Positions 1-8,001 of a DNA stretch of 32,000 nt are shown in pieces. The notes below the pieces were generated by a model. It was given only the letters and a program-made list of their open reading frames with translations, was not told where the DNA came from and did no database searches. The stretch is from Acaryochloris thomasi RCC1774. GTDB taxonomy: Bacteria > Cyanobacteriota > Cyanobacteriia > Thermosynechococcales > Thermosynechococcaceae. A program made the position numbers and the translations under genes. Where the stretch lies: NCBI RefSeq assembly GCF_003231495.1, contig NZ_PQWO01000012.1:120001-152000 (forward strand), in the 5' to 3' direction. Every line of letters starts with the position of its first letter. Within the stretch, counting starts at the first letter, position 1.

Positions 1-419
1 TTGATTTGAAGGCGGTGAGAGATGCCGCCAAGGTTGCTAATGCCCATGAGTTTATTCTTCAGTTCCCTGAGGGCTACGAGACGCAGCTCGGCGAACGTGG
101 GGTGACGCTTTCAGGGGGGCAGCGCCAGCGACTTGCGATCGCAAGAGCAGTCCTTCTCAACCCGCGCATTTTAATTTTGGACGAAGCCACTTCAGCTCTC
201 GATTCAGAGTCAGAGGCCCTCGTTCAAGAAGCGCTGGAGCGTCTTATGCAGGGGCGCACCGTCTTTATCATTGCCCACCGCCTCACGACAGTACGGCGAG
301 CCAGTCGCATTCTAGTCCTTGAGCAAGGGCAGGTGGTTGAATCCGGCACCCATACAGAACTCAGCAGCCAGCCGAACTCTCGCTACGCCAGTTTTTGCGC
401 CCAGCAATATTTAACGTAG
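1..419 (+). CDS. ABC transporter ATP-binding domain, C-terminal fragment (exporter type, MsbA/ABCB-like); the 5' part lies outside the window
   Basis: The frame is open to base 1, and the 'M' at position 6 is an internal TTG. Motifs seen: ABC signature [14 protein letters not shown], Walker [14 protein letters not shown]-loop IIAHRL. Stop TAG at 417-419. Confidence 0.9.
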   Translation, partial: DLKAVRDAAKVANAHEFILQFPEGYETQLGERGVTLSGGQRQRLAIARAVLLNPRILILDEATSALDSESEALVQEALERLMQGRTVFIIAHRLTTVRRASRILVLEQGQVVESGTHTELSSQPNSRYASFCAQQYLT

Positions 420-431
420 AGATGGACCCCA

Positions 432-920
432 CTACTCAGCAACGGAAAGGGTATAGCGATACTTCTGGCCCGGTTCACTCGTGCCAACCCACACCTGGTA
501 AGTGCCACCCCTGAGTTTCTGGGCCGTTAAGCCAGCATCTTGTCCTCGGGCCGTGTCATCGGCACAGAAGAGCTGGTTACCCGGCCCCTTAATCAGAAGA
601 GTGGTGTCTTTGCCGCTCTTGACCTGCAGTTTAAGACGCGCAAAGTTGCCTTTGAGGACCAAGATATGATCGGGTTCAGGAGAGCCATACCCCATGCAGC
701 GATTATTGTTGCGATCTCGATCGCCCACAACCTTATGGAGCGCCACAGCGCCCTTGGCATAGCCAGTCAGGTTTTTCGCAGCGGGCTTGAAGCCAGGGGC
801 AACGCTCACGCTGCCGAAATTGGACGGCTTTGCCAGTGCTGGTGCAGCCAAGAAGGTGGCGATCATCAATAATGAGGACCAGCCCCGAAGGACGGGATGC
901 CTTGAAGAAAATATTTGCAT
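432..920 (-). CDS. Secreted hypothetical protein with a C-terminal beta-sandwich (pre-peptidase C-terminal-like) domain
   Basis: 162-aa ORF with ATG at 918-920. N-terminal signal peptide (LLMIATFLAAPALA|KP). The domain resemblance (PDHILVL...DTTLLIKGP...YQVWVG) is my recognition only. Confidence 0.7.
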   Translation of the reverse strand: MQIFSSRHPVLRGWSSLLMIATFLAAPALAKPSNFGSVSVAPGFKPAAKNLTGYAKGAVALHKVVGDRDRNNNRCMGYGSPEPDHILVLKGNFARLKLQVKSGKDTTLLIKGPGNQLFCADDTARGQDAGLTAQKLRGGTYQVWVGTSEPGQKYRYTLSVAE

Positions 921-1137
921 ACCCTATTACCTCAATACTAAAGTCCCTAGACTTAATTTACCCCGGAAAAGTTGCTTCAGAACATTGGCTGTACCACTTC
1001 CCCAGCCGGAGTAACGGCTTCAAAGTGCACTAATTCTCGGATTTTTATTCTTTGGCTTTAAGATTGCTATTAAGGGAGGGAATTATTGTACTATTCATGG
1101 CTCACTTCAGTGAGATAGGCTTCTTTGCCAAGCTATT

Positions 1138-1620
1138 TTGTGGCAAGCCTACCATAGACATGTGCCAGTGACAGAGAGAGGAAGACCCCCGTTGTTAAAG
1201 CTAGCCTACTCAGATATTGGCACCCACCTAGAATACTTGTCGGGCAGAATGGGGCCGATGATTGCTCGCCGTCGGCTTTTAGCCCGCCGCACTGGCCAAG
1301 CTATTCATCTAGAGCCAAGCTATGCCGCAGTGCTCATTCCTGACTCTGTCACCGAGATGAAGACGTTAGAAGATGCGATCGCAACCCACAACGACGACAA
1401 CATCAGCCTTTGTGCATCTCTAGACGCTGGCATTGAAGTCATTCTGCAAGGGTGCTGGGTTGCCCACAACCAAAACACCACAGAAGGCCTCTTTCTCACC
1501 GTCCTACAGCCCGCCATCGAACAGCATCTTGTCAACCTGTGGCGCGTCATTGGTCCCAACGTTGTTTCTTGCACTTGGCCGACGGGACAGCCCTTATCAG
1601 AACTGGGATATGAATTCTAG
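1138..1620 (+). CDS. Hypothetical protein
   Basis: 160-aa ORF with no recognisable motif. The TTG start at 1138 is uncertain; an in-frame ATG at 1249 is an alternative. It contains an in-frame HIP1 site, as genuine genes in this window do. Confidence 0.45.
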   Translation: MWQAYHRHVPVTERGRPPLLKLAYSDIGTHLEYLSGRMGPMIARRRLLARRTGQAIHLEPSYAAVLIPDSVTEMKTLEDAIATHNDDNISLCASLDAGIEVILQGCWVAHNQNTTEGLFLTVLQPAIEQHLVNLWRVIGPNVVSCTWPTGQPLSELGYEF

Positions 1621-1671
1621 CGCCCCCTGCAAATCTAGGATAGTCCCGTGATATGGTATTGAAGCAATCTT

Positions 1672-2034
1672 GGGGGCGTGGCGGAATGGTAGACGCTACG
1701 GACTTAGGAAACTGGGCCTTAGTCGAGTAATCGATTAAGTGAATGCTCTCAAATTCAGGGAAACCTAAACCTGTGAACGCAGGCAAGGCAATCCTGAGCC
1801 AAGCTTAGAAATAGCCTACGTGGTGAACTGCAAAGGGCTATTTTTTTGAAGGTGCAGAGACTCGACGGGAGCTACCCTCACGCTCAAAGGGCTATGCCTT
1901 GTGGGCGCGGGTAAAGGGAGAGTCCAATTCTCAAAGCCCCACAGCCAGGTTGGCAAGGGCAGTTGCGAAAGCAGCGGGAGGATGAAAATCCGTTGACCTT
2001 AAAAGTCGTGAGGGTTCAAGTCCCTCCGCCCCCA
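1672..2034 (+). tRNA. trnL: tRNA-Leu(UAA), interrupted in the anticodon by a group I intron (exons 1672-1705 and 1985-2034)
   Basis: 5' exon gggggcgtggcggaatggtagacgctacggactt ends at U34. 3' exon aaaatccgttgaccttaaaagtcgtgagggttcaagtccctccgccccca supplies A35 and A36, a long variable arm and the T arm (ggttcaagtcc). Acceptor 5' gggggcg pairs with 3' cgccccc, followed by discriminator A. Confidence 0.95.
1706..1984 (+). ncRNA. Group I (IC3-type) self-splicing intron of tRNA-Leu(UAA), 279 nt, no internal ORF
   Basis: It sits between U34 and A35. The core blocks nearly match the Anabaena tRNA-Leu intron as I remember it: gtgaatgctctcaaattcagggaaacctaaa, caaggcaatcctgagccaagc, gaaggtgcagagactcgacgggagctaccct, gggtaaagggagagtccaattctcaaagcc, gcgaaagc. 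The 5' splice site follows U (1705) and the intron ends in G (1984). Confidence 0.93.
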
Positions 2035-2043
2035 TAGATGCAC

Positions 2044-2072
2044 AAAGCGCCCTGTCAATGACAGGGCGCTTT
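2044..2072 (+). terminator. Perfect 13-bp stem-loop immediately downstream of trnL (probable terminator or processing hairpin)
   Basis: aaagcgccctgtc (2044-2056), loop aat, gacagggcgcttt (2060-2072). The U tract is short (ttt, then gctagtta). Confidence 0.55.
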
Positions 2073-2335
2073 GCTAGTTATTCCCGCAACGCCGTCTTAC
2101 CTCAGTTTTTGACCTGGAAAAATCCAGGTGGGTGCTGATCGCATCGATTTAAAGTGCCCTGGCCGAAGCCTGGTCTACTGCCATCGCGCTGATTGGCTCC
2201 CGTTCGTTAAAGTTATAGATCAAAAAACATATTGGCAGTCACCAACGACGCAGAAATAGCTAGAGGCATTGTAGCAGAGGTTTTCTGATGCCGCCTCCAA
2301 TCGTGACCGGAGAACCGAACCATCAGCTTTTAACT

Positions 2336-2365
2336 CTGACAAAGCTAGGGTACCCCCGCTACAAT
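2336..2365 (+). promoter_or_regulatory. Sigma-70-type promoter candidate
   Basis: -35 cTGACA (2336-2341), 18-nt spacer, -10 TACAAT (2360-2365). It lies 28 nt upstream of the ATG at 2393. Confidence 0.4.
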
Positions 2366-2392
2366 CGATGGCATACATTCGGGAACAGAAAA

Positions 2393-2689
2393 ATGTCTGG
2401 CGCTCCTCTCTCTCCTCCCACGGACAAGTCACCTGTAGCCCTACCGCTGGCCCAAAAGCTATCGGAGGAGCTGACAATTTCTTCAATGGATTGGCATCGG
2501 CTGAAGGCCAACCGCAAAGCGAGGGCTTTGGAGCAGGCGGGAGTTGCGATCGTATTCTTGCTCAAGAACCAGCCCGAAGAAGCTCTGGCACGGCTCCAGC
2601 AGGCTGTCGGCTGGCTCGATCGATCCATTAGTGCTCCTCCTTGCCCAACCCATGGCGAGAGTCACAGGGCCCCTAAATCTCAGTCTTAA
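2393..2689 (+). CDS. Small hypothetical protein (98 aa)
   Basis: Internal ATG of the 2288-2689 ORF, chosen because of the promoter-like element just upstream. Several overlapping ORFs compete in this region and no motif is recognised. Confidence 0.4.
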   Translation: MSGAPLSPPTDKSPVALPLAQKLSEELTISSMDWHRLKANRKARALEQAGVAIVFLLKNQPEEALARLQQAVGWLDRSISAPPCPTHGESHRAPKSQS

Positions 2690-2736
2690 TTTTTTAGAGG
2701 TAGAATATTGAGCCATGCCGTTCTCACCGAAGCTCT

Positions 2737-4320
2737 ATGACTGTCCTATCTAAGTTCCCGACAGTGTTGCTGGGGGCAGCCGCTGCGGTCACGATGGTAC
2801 TGCCCCCAGCAGCACAGGCTCTTAGCCCTGCTGAAGTCAGTCAGATGGCGAAAAGCTTCACGGTTCGGATCACGAGCCAAACCTCTGGTTCTGGGGTGAT
2901 CCTGAAGCGTCAGGGCGATCTTTACACGGTCTTGACAGCAGCTCACGTCGTCGCCTCAGACGATGACTATCGGATGATCACGCCTGATGGTAGGGAACAT
3001 ACGGTCAATACAGACAGCATCAAAAAGCTGCCGGAACTAGACTTAAGCATTGTTCAGTTCACCAGCAATAAACCCTATCAAACCGCTCAAATCGGAGAAT
3101 CTGATCAGGCTGTAGAGGGGACAATTAGCTACATTGCTGGATTTCCGAACCGCACCGAGGCTTTGCCTGAATCAATCTATAACTTTACCGAAGGCAAAAT
3201 CACGGCCAGCGCCAGCCGTCCCCAGGCTGAGGGCTACTCATTGGTCTATTCCAACAATACGTTGCCTGGAATGAGCGGTGGGCCAGTGCTCAACGAAACT
3301 GGAAAGTTAATTGCCATTCATGGCAGAGCAGATACAACTGAACAAGCGCAAAATCCCAATATTGACCCGTCGATCTACATCAAGACAGGGTTTAATTTAG
3401 GGATTCCAATCAAGCGCTTTTTGAGCCTTGTCCCTCAGACCGGCGTAGATTTGGGTTTTGCTATCCCCACAGCACGGTCAACCGGCTCAAAGCTTTCTGC
3501 AGATGACTACTATCTGCAGGCGAGCGAGAAGATGGATGCGAAAGATTATGAGGGTGCGATCGCAAATCTAGATCAGGCTATTCGTCTCAAACCAAACTAC
3601 GCTGCGGCCCACCTAAATCGTGGGTATGCCCATTTCTTTCTCAACCAGACAGAAGCGGCTTTGGCTGACAGCAACAAAGTCATCCAACTCGCGCCCAATC
3701 AAAGTACGGCCTATCTCTTAAGAGGACTGATTTACAGCCTGTCTGGAGAGAACATTAGTAAAGCCCCAGCCGACTTCAAGCGAGCACAGACCTTAGCCAA
3801 AGCTCAGGGAGACTCAAGTACGAGTCAAACCGCTCAAAAAATGATTGCCAGCTTGAAGGGATCTTCGGATAAGCCGCCAGATTCTCCAGACTTAAAGAGC
3901 AGTATGATCCGTTCCGGGCTACACATCGCCAATAAAGATACGAAGAGAGTCACCCAGGAACTGCCGACGCTGGCAAACCTCTCGTGCAAAGAGCAAAATT
4001 TGTCCGGCTACTTGATTGCCAGAATGATGTTGAGAATGTTGGCACCAGCGGATAGTCACGGTGCGATCGCCTCTCAAACATCCTGTCCTGCGTTTGTGAA
4101 AGATCAGACGAAGCTGCTAGATAAAGCAGAGCAAAAAATTAAGGCTAGCCCCAATGAGATCAACGCCTACATGGAACGTGGTTTAATCCACGCTGAGATT
4201 TTAGGAGATACACAGCGTGCCATTCCTGACATTCAGAAAGCAGCGAAGCTTTCCATCGCTCAGAAGCAACAAAAGAAAAGCAAGGGAGTCATGGTTTATC
4301 TCAGAAGTTTGCAACCCTAG
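2737..4320 (+). CDS. Secreted trypsin-like (S1 family) serine protease fused to TPR repeats
   Basis: Signal peptide (AAAAVTMVLPPAAQA|LS). Catalytic triad context TAAHVV (His), ELDLSIVQF (Asp), GMSGGPV (Ser). The C-terminal half has TPR-like repeats (YEGAIANLDQAIRLKPNYAAAHLNRGYAHF..., NAYMERGLIHAEILGDTQRAIPDIQKAAKL). Confidence 0.88.
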   Translation: MTVLSKFPTVLLGAAAAVTMVLPPAAQALSPAEVSQMAKSFTVRITSQTSGSGVILKRQGDLYTVLTAAHVVASDDDYRMITPDGREHTVNTDSIKKLPELDLSIVQFTSNKPYQTAQIGESDQAVEGTISYIAGFPNRTEALPESIYNFTEGKITASASRPQAEGYSLVYSNNTLPGMSGGPVLNETGKLIAIHGRADTTEQAQNPNIDPSIYIKTGFNLGIPIKRFLSLVPQTGVDLGFAIPTARSTGSKLSADDYYLQASEKMDAKDYEGAIANLDQAIRLKPNYAAAHLNRGYAHFFLNQTEAALADSNKVIQLAPNQSTAYLLRGLIYSLSGENISKAPADFKRAQTLAKAQGDSSTSQTAQKMIASLKGSSDKPPDSPDLKSSMIRSGLHIANKDTKRVTQELPTLANLSCKEQNLSGYLIARMMLRMLAPADSHGAIASQTSCPAFVKDQTKLLDKAEQKIKASPNEINAYMERGLIHAEILGDTQRAIPDIQKAAKLSIAQKQQKKSKGVMVYLRSLQP

Positions 4321-4376
4321 CCAAAAGAACGCAAAATATGGCAGATTCTGTGTCTCAATTCCTATGAGAGTTTGTG

Positions 4377-4970
4377 ATGAAGCTAGGCAAGGTCGTCAAA
4401 TCTGATTCCCACTGCGACTATATCGTGCAGCTCGATGATGAGATGGAGGTGGTAGATCCACCTCAGCCGGAGGACTATGGCTTTGGCTGTTTTGTGAAAC
4501 TAGAAACCGAAGATCGCCACTGGGCGGTGGGGGTTATCTACAATTCTCAGCTTTTCAACCCCGCCTATCTTAATACCGGCCCTCGATTGGTGAGTCAGCC
4601 CGATCCTTTTTTTACGCCTGACTTAATTCGTGAGACCCGCACAATCCTCGCTACGGCATTGATCGGAACGCTACACAACGACAGCCCTCCTTGGGGAGAG
4701 CAGGGCATTCCTCGGATAGTGGTGCCGGTAAATACGCCTGTGTGGACCATGACAGAATCAGAGGTGGAAAGCTTTCATCGCGATCGCAACTCTCAGCCCC
4801 AGTTTTGCTACTACAGCTTTTTGCTTAGATCCGGCGGAGCCTTTGCCTCTCAGCTTGTCGAAACAGTCTTGAGTCAAGTCAGCCCGCTCTTTGAAGGCAG
4901 CGACCGCCGCGCCCTAGATATCCTTAGCAAAGAACTCTCCTGGAAGCATACGTTAGGGACTATGCGATAG
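4377..4970 (+). CDS. Hypothetical protein (197 aa)
   Basis: Long ORF with no strong competing ORF. ATG at 4377 (GTG at 4374 is possible). No catalytic motif recognised. Same strand as the protease gene, 56 nt downstream of it. Confidence 0.65.
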   Translation: MKLGKVVKSDSHCDYIVQLDDEMEVVDPPQPEDYGFGCFVKLETEDRHWAVGVIYNSQLFNPAYLNTGPRLVSQPDPFFTPDLIRETRTILATALIGTLHNDSPPWGEQGIPRIVVPVNTPVWTMTESEVESFHRDRNSQPQFCYYSFLLRSGGAFASQLVETVLSQVSPLFEGSDRRALDILSKELSWKHTLGTMR

Positions 4971-5033
4971 GATTGGCATCCTCAGAGGTCAAAGCGATCT
5001 CATCCTCACCTCCTCGTGCAACTGCATCTACTG

Positions 5034-5891
5034 TCACCTGTTCTCCAACCAAGCTCTCAGATCAGAAGATGTAGAAAAATCCAGCAACGCCTCTCCTAGC
5101 TTTTCAAGCTCAGTGAGCGAGAGCGAGCAGACTTGGGTCTCAACGTCAGGGGCAATGACTCCAACCCGACGAGTGAGAAGTCGGAGAATAAGTGACTGGG
5201 CCTCTTCAAGAGCACCCTCCTGACGACCCTCCTGACGGCCCTCCTGACGACCCTCCTGGAGAAATTCTTCTTTCCATTCCTGGTAGATAACAGATTGCTG
5301 CATCGTTTCCTTCCGTAGCACCTGATTGATCAAGTCTTGCTTCAATGTTAACCCAGCGAGAATCGCCGCTGATGCTGCCACATTACTCTGCAGCCGACGG
5401 TCGGCAATGGCCTCCACCTTCGAGGCAACCTGTTTCAACGTCTCCTTCTTGTTCTCCGTTTGAGTCAGAACTGCCAACGGCAACAACCCTATTGCATCCA
5501 GGAATGGTTGAGTCGGCTGCTCCCAAAGACGAATCACCTCAAATTCATAGCGCAGCTTCGGAATTTCAAAGGTGTTCTGATAGACAAGATCAGAGCCTGT
5601 CGGCGTTAGATAGACTACGACTTGCCTCATCTGCTTACTGGGAAAACGACGGAACACCCTTAATCGATAATCCGTGAGTCTAAACGCCATTGCTGTATCT
5701 GGCTCTGTCTGAAACTCGATCTGTAGAATCAGCTTGTCTGAATCGAGCAAGATGAGTGAATCGGCCCGAATCGGCTCCAGAGAGAGTTCTGTAGGACTGA
5801 GTTTTGTCAAAGCTATTGATTCGTCGAGCAACCAGGTGGCAAAGTCAGCCGGAAAGCTCTCAGCAAGAAACTTACAGGTTGGGTCAAACAT
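5034..5891 (-). CDS. Rpn-family recombination-promoting nuclease / putative transposase (PD-(D/E)XK-like, DUF4351-type C-terminus)
   Basis: The N-terminus MFDPTCKFLAESFPADFATWLL, a central ...IEFQTEPD... block, the QEGRQEGRQEGRQEG repeat and the LILRLLTRRVG...L tail are typical of the abundant cyanobacterial Rpn/YhgA-like family (recognition only). Confidence 0.8.
   Translation of the reverse strand: MFDPTCKFLAESFPADFATWLLDESIALTKLSPTELSLEPIRADSLILLDSDKLILQIEFQTEPDTAMAFRLTDYRLRVFRRFPSKQMRQVVVYLTPTGSDLVYQNTFEIPKLRYEFEVIRLWEQPTQPFLDAIGLLPLAVLTQTENKKETLKQVASKVEAIADRRLQSNVAASAAILAGLTLKQDLINQVLRKETMQQSVIYQEWKEEFLQEGRQEGRQEGRQEGALEEAQSLILRLLTRRVGVIAPDVETQVCSLSLTELEKLGEALLDFSTSSDLRAWLENR
5215..5260. 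repeat. 12-bp tandem repeat (ccctcctgacgR, 3.8 copies) encoding (QEGR)n inside the Rpn-like gene
   Basis: Units at 5215-5226, 5227-5238 and 5239-5250, plus a partial unit at 5251-5260. The unit is 4 codons, so the repeat stays in frame. Confidence 0.9.
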
Positions 5892-6022
5892 GCAGAAATT
5901 GTAGCGGGGGTTTCACATACTCCCCCATGCTCTCAGAAACCCCGACCTTCTCAGCAAAGAACAATCTTGCAGGCATACGCTGGGCACGATGCGATAAAGT
6001 TCGAGACAATGAATCAACAGGC

Positions 6023-6060
6023 AATAAAAAACCGACAAACTGAACCAAGTCTGCCGGTTT
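6023..6060 (-). terminator. Intrinsic terminator-like hairpin on the minus strand, with no annotated upstream gene
   Basis: Minus-strand RNA: aaaccggcagac (stem), uuggPuca-type 8-nt loop, gtttgtcggttt (stem), then uuuauu. The stem is 12 bp including two G-U wobbles. On the plus-strand RNA those two positions become A-C mismatches, so the structure favours the minus strand. Confidence 0.5.
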
Positions 6061-6202
6061 ACTGTGTGTTCCCCATTGATGACTCAGATAGCACCGAGTC
6101 TCCTGCATTATGGCTTCGGGTTTTTAGGTGGGGTGCGATCACAATCACCTCAACTGTGTGACTCTGATCACAGGTACTCTTTTATATTTTTTGTAGCGCT
6201 AA

Positions 6203-7261
6203 ATGTTGACAGAACAGCAGCAGGACGGCCACCTGCTTTACTACGGGCCAGCCAAGCCCAAAGGACTCCCCAGACGGCTGATTCACGTGAACGGCATGGC
6301 CAGTGACGTTAAAAAGCAGCTCCGCGACCTAGAGGCGCTGGTGTGGATGACCGTTGAACATCCGACCGACATCGTGGGGGTCCATAACAGCACCGCCAAT
6401 TTTCAGAGTGATCTTTTAGAAAGCACGTTGGGCGGCGCAGATTTAGTTCAGCATCGGGCCGATCGCCAAACGCCAGAGAGCCAGAAGCGACTGCGGGGAT
6501 ACGCCGATTCTTTGCAGGCCCTCTGCGACCATGAGCTACCGTCGGATGCTGATATTTTAGCGGCGGTGCAGCGTCTTCAGCGTTCTCTCACCGTTGCTGA
6601 AGGACAGGAGAAGGCCCAGTCGCCCATCGACTTAGAGCTGATTCGACGGCTGCCCTTTCTGCAGGATATGGACCTGTCAGCTCTAGAGAGCTATCTATAC
6701 GGAAGCTATCCAGCCGGTGCGCCGCGACCGACGATGCGGACAGCCTATGAAATTATCCGGGCCATTCGGGCGGGGGCAGAGGTGCTGCTGGTGGCGCATA
6801 GTCAGGGAACCATCATCACGGCGGTGGCGCTTCATATTGTCAAACAGCTTTTGGGGGGAGAGGTCTGGGCTAAGTCTCTCCGTTTCGTGGGCTATGGGCC
6901 CGTGATTCTATTTGATGATCTGCCGATGGAGATGAGATCGCAAACCATCCTCATTCAGCACCGTCAGGATCTGATTGCCGAGTCCTTCAGCAACCAGCGC
7001 AACGTTGATCTATGGAACAACATGCAAACCCAGGCCAAAAATCTACTAGAGCAGGCCGATCGGATCTTTCAAATGGTCAGTCGAGACTCCCACCACAGCG
7101 CCAGCGTTTATCTAGGACTAACGGGGGATATTGCTGGTGATCGCTCGGCCCAACTGATCAAGCAACTGCTGACCGAAAACTGGGAGAACCACCCGTTCAT
7201 CCAGGGGCTACGGGCCAGCCGAATTATTCTAGAAGAGCCTGAAACCTATATCCAGCCGTAA
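6203..7261 (+). CDS. Alpha/beta-hydrolase-fold serine hydrolase (lipase/esterase-like) with a large helical insertion
   Basis: 352-aa ORF with ATG at 6203. Nucleophile elbow LLVAHSQGT (A-H-S-Q-G), early strand RRLIHVNGM (oxyanion-hole-like), candidate Asp (HRQDLIA) and His (SRDSHHSA). About 150 aa lie between the first strand and the nucleophile. Confidence 0.6.
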   Translation: MLTEQQQDGHLLYYGPAKPKGLPRRLIHVNGMASDVKKQLRDLEALVWMTVEHPTDIVGVHNSTANFQSDLLESTLGGADLVQHRADRQTPESQKRLRGYADSLQALCDHELPSDADILAAVQRLQRSLTVAEGQEKAQSPIDLELIRRLPFLQDMDLSALESYLYGSYPAGAPRPTMRTAYEIIRAIRAGAEVLLVAHSQGTIITAVALHIVKQLLGGEVWAKSLRFVGYGPVILFDDLPMEMRSQTILIQHRQDLIAESFSNQRNVDLWNNMQTQAKNLLEQADRIFQMVSRDSHHSASVYLGLTGDIAGDRSAQLIKQLLTENWENHPFIQGLRASRIILEEPETYIQP

Positions 7262-7366
7262 CCAGATTGAGTTTTGTTGCGGGTTCACTTGCGAATTGTT
7301 GCGCGCCCTTACCCTCTCTAGTCGAGGCCGTTAGGGTGAGTATAACTTTGGTGGAGGTTAAAGCCA

Positions 7367-7918
7367 ATGAGTCGTTCATTTCCAAATTCAGACTATTCAA
7401 AAGACCAATTCTCAATGGCCGTCGCCACCCACGCGTCTCTCTGGCGCAAAAGCATTATCGTTGTCCTTGTGGCCTGGCTCGGTGCCAGTCTGCTGCTAGA
7501 CCTTGTTGTTATGCCTAGCCTCTACGGCGCGGGCATGATGGACTCTTCTGGCTTTGCTATGGCCGGAGATATGATTTTCTCGGTTTTCAACCGTGTCGAA
7601 CTGCTGGCCGGTTCTGTAGTCCTGACAGGCTGCCTAATCTGGTCTGCGATCAACAGTGCGCGTCCGCTGCAGCAGCAGTCGTTCATGCTCGCTATTGCCG
7701 CGCTGCTGCTCGTGATTCCCTTGGTCTACACCTATGGCCTTACACCTAGCATGGGCGCATTAGGCATTCAGCTCAACCTCTTTGAGACCGCAACTGTTCC
7801 CAAGCAGATGGACCAGCTCCATCAAACCTATTGGGGCTTAGAGCTGCTCAAGCTAACGGCAGCAGGTCTACTTCTCTCCCGCTTCTGGAAGAATTCAGAC
7901 ATTTCCTTAGCGCAGTAA
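7367..7918 (+). CDS. Integral membrane protein, about 4 TM helices (DUF4149-like)
   Basis: ATG at 7367 preceded by GGAGG (7353-7357). Hydrophobic segments IIVVLVAWLGASLLLDLVV, LLAGSVVLTGCLIW, MLAIAALLLVIPLVY, LLKLTAAGLLL. A terminator follows. Confidence 0.75.
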   Translation: MSRSFPNSDYSKDQFSMAVATHASLWRKSIIVVLVAWLGASLLLDLVVMPSLYGAGMMDSSGFAMAGDMIFSVFNRVELLAGSVVLTGCLIWSAINSARPLQQQSFMLAIAALLLVIPLVYTYGLTPSMGALGIQLNLFETATVPKQMDQLHQTYWGLELLKLTAAGLLLSRFWKNSDISLAQ

Positions 7919-7958
7919 ACGCCTTCGTTTCCAAGCATCCAACGCAACAGTAAATACC

Positions 7959-7992
7959 AGCCTCCAGCACATCCGCTGGGGGCTATCTTTTT
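7959..7992 (+). terminator. Rho-independent terminator
   Basis: agcctccagc (7959-7968), loop acatcc, gctgggggct (7975-7984; 10 bp with one G-U), then atcttttt. Confidence 0.7.
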
Positions 7993-8001
7993 GCGTGTAG
8001 A

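Noticed and set aside
540-1033. ORFs at 540-872, 787-1014 and 830-1033 on the plus strand
   Set aside because: They lie antisense to or overlap the 432-920 secreted-protein gene. They have no motifs and a Pro/Arg/Gly-rich shadow composition. The minus-strand ORF has a clean signal peptide and an ATG.
1433-1786. ORFs at 1433-1651 (+) and 1547-1786 (-)
   Set aside because: They run into or across the tRNA-Leu exon and the group I intron. The RNA gene explains this sequence completely.
2220-2716. Five mutually overlapping ORFs in both strands
   Set aside because: At most one can be real. I kept only the 2393-2689 version, at low confidence, because of the upstream promoter-like element. The others have no start context or motif.
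5034-5891. The Rpn-like gene as an intact insertion sequence
   Set aside because: I found no terminal inverted repeats or target-site duplications in 4971-5033 or 5892-6202. I report it as a gene, not a mobile element.
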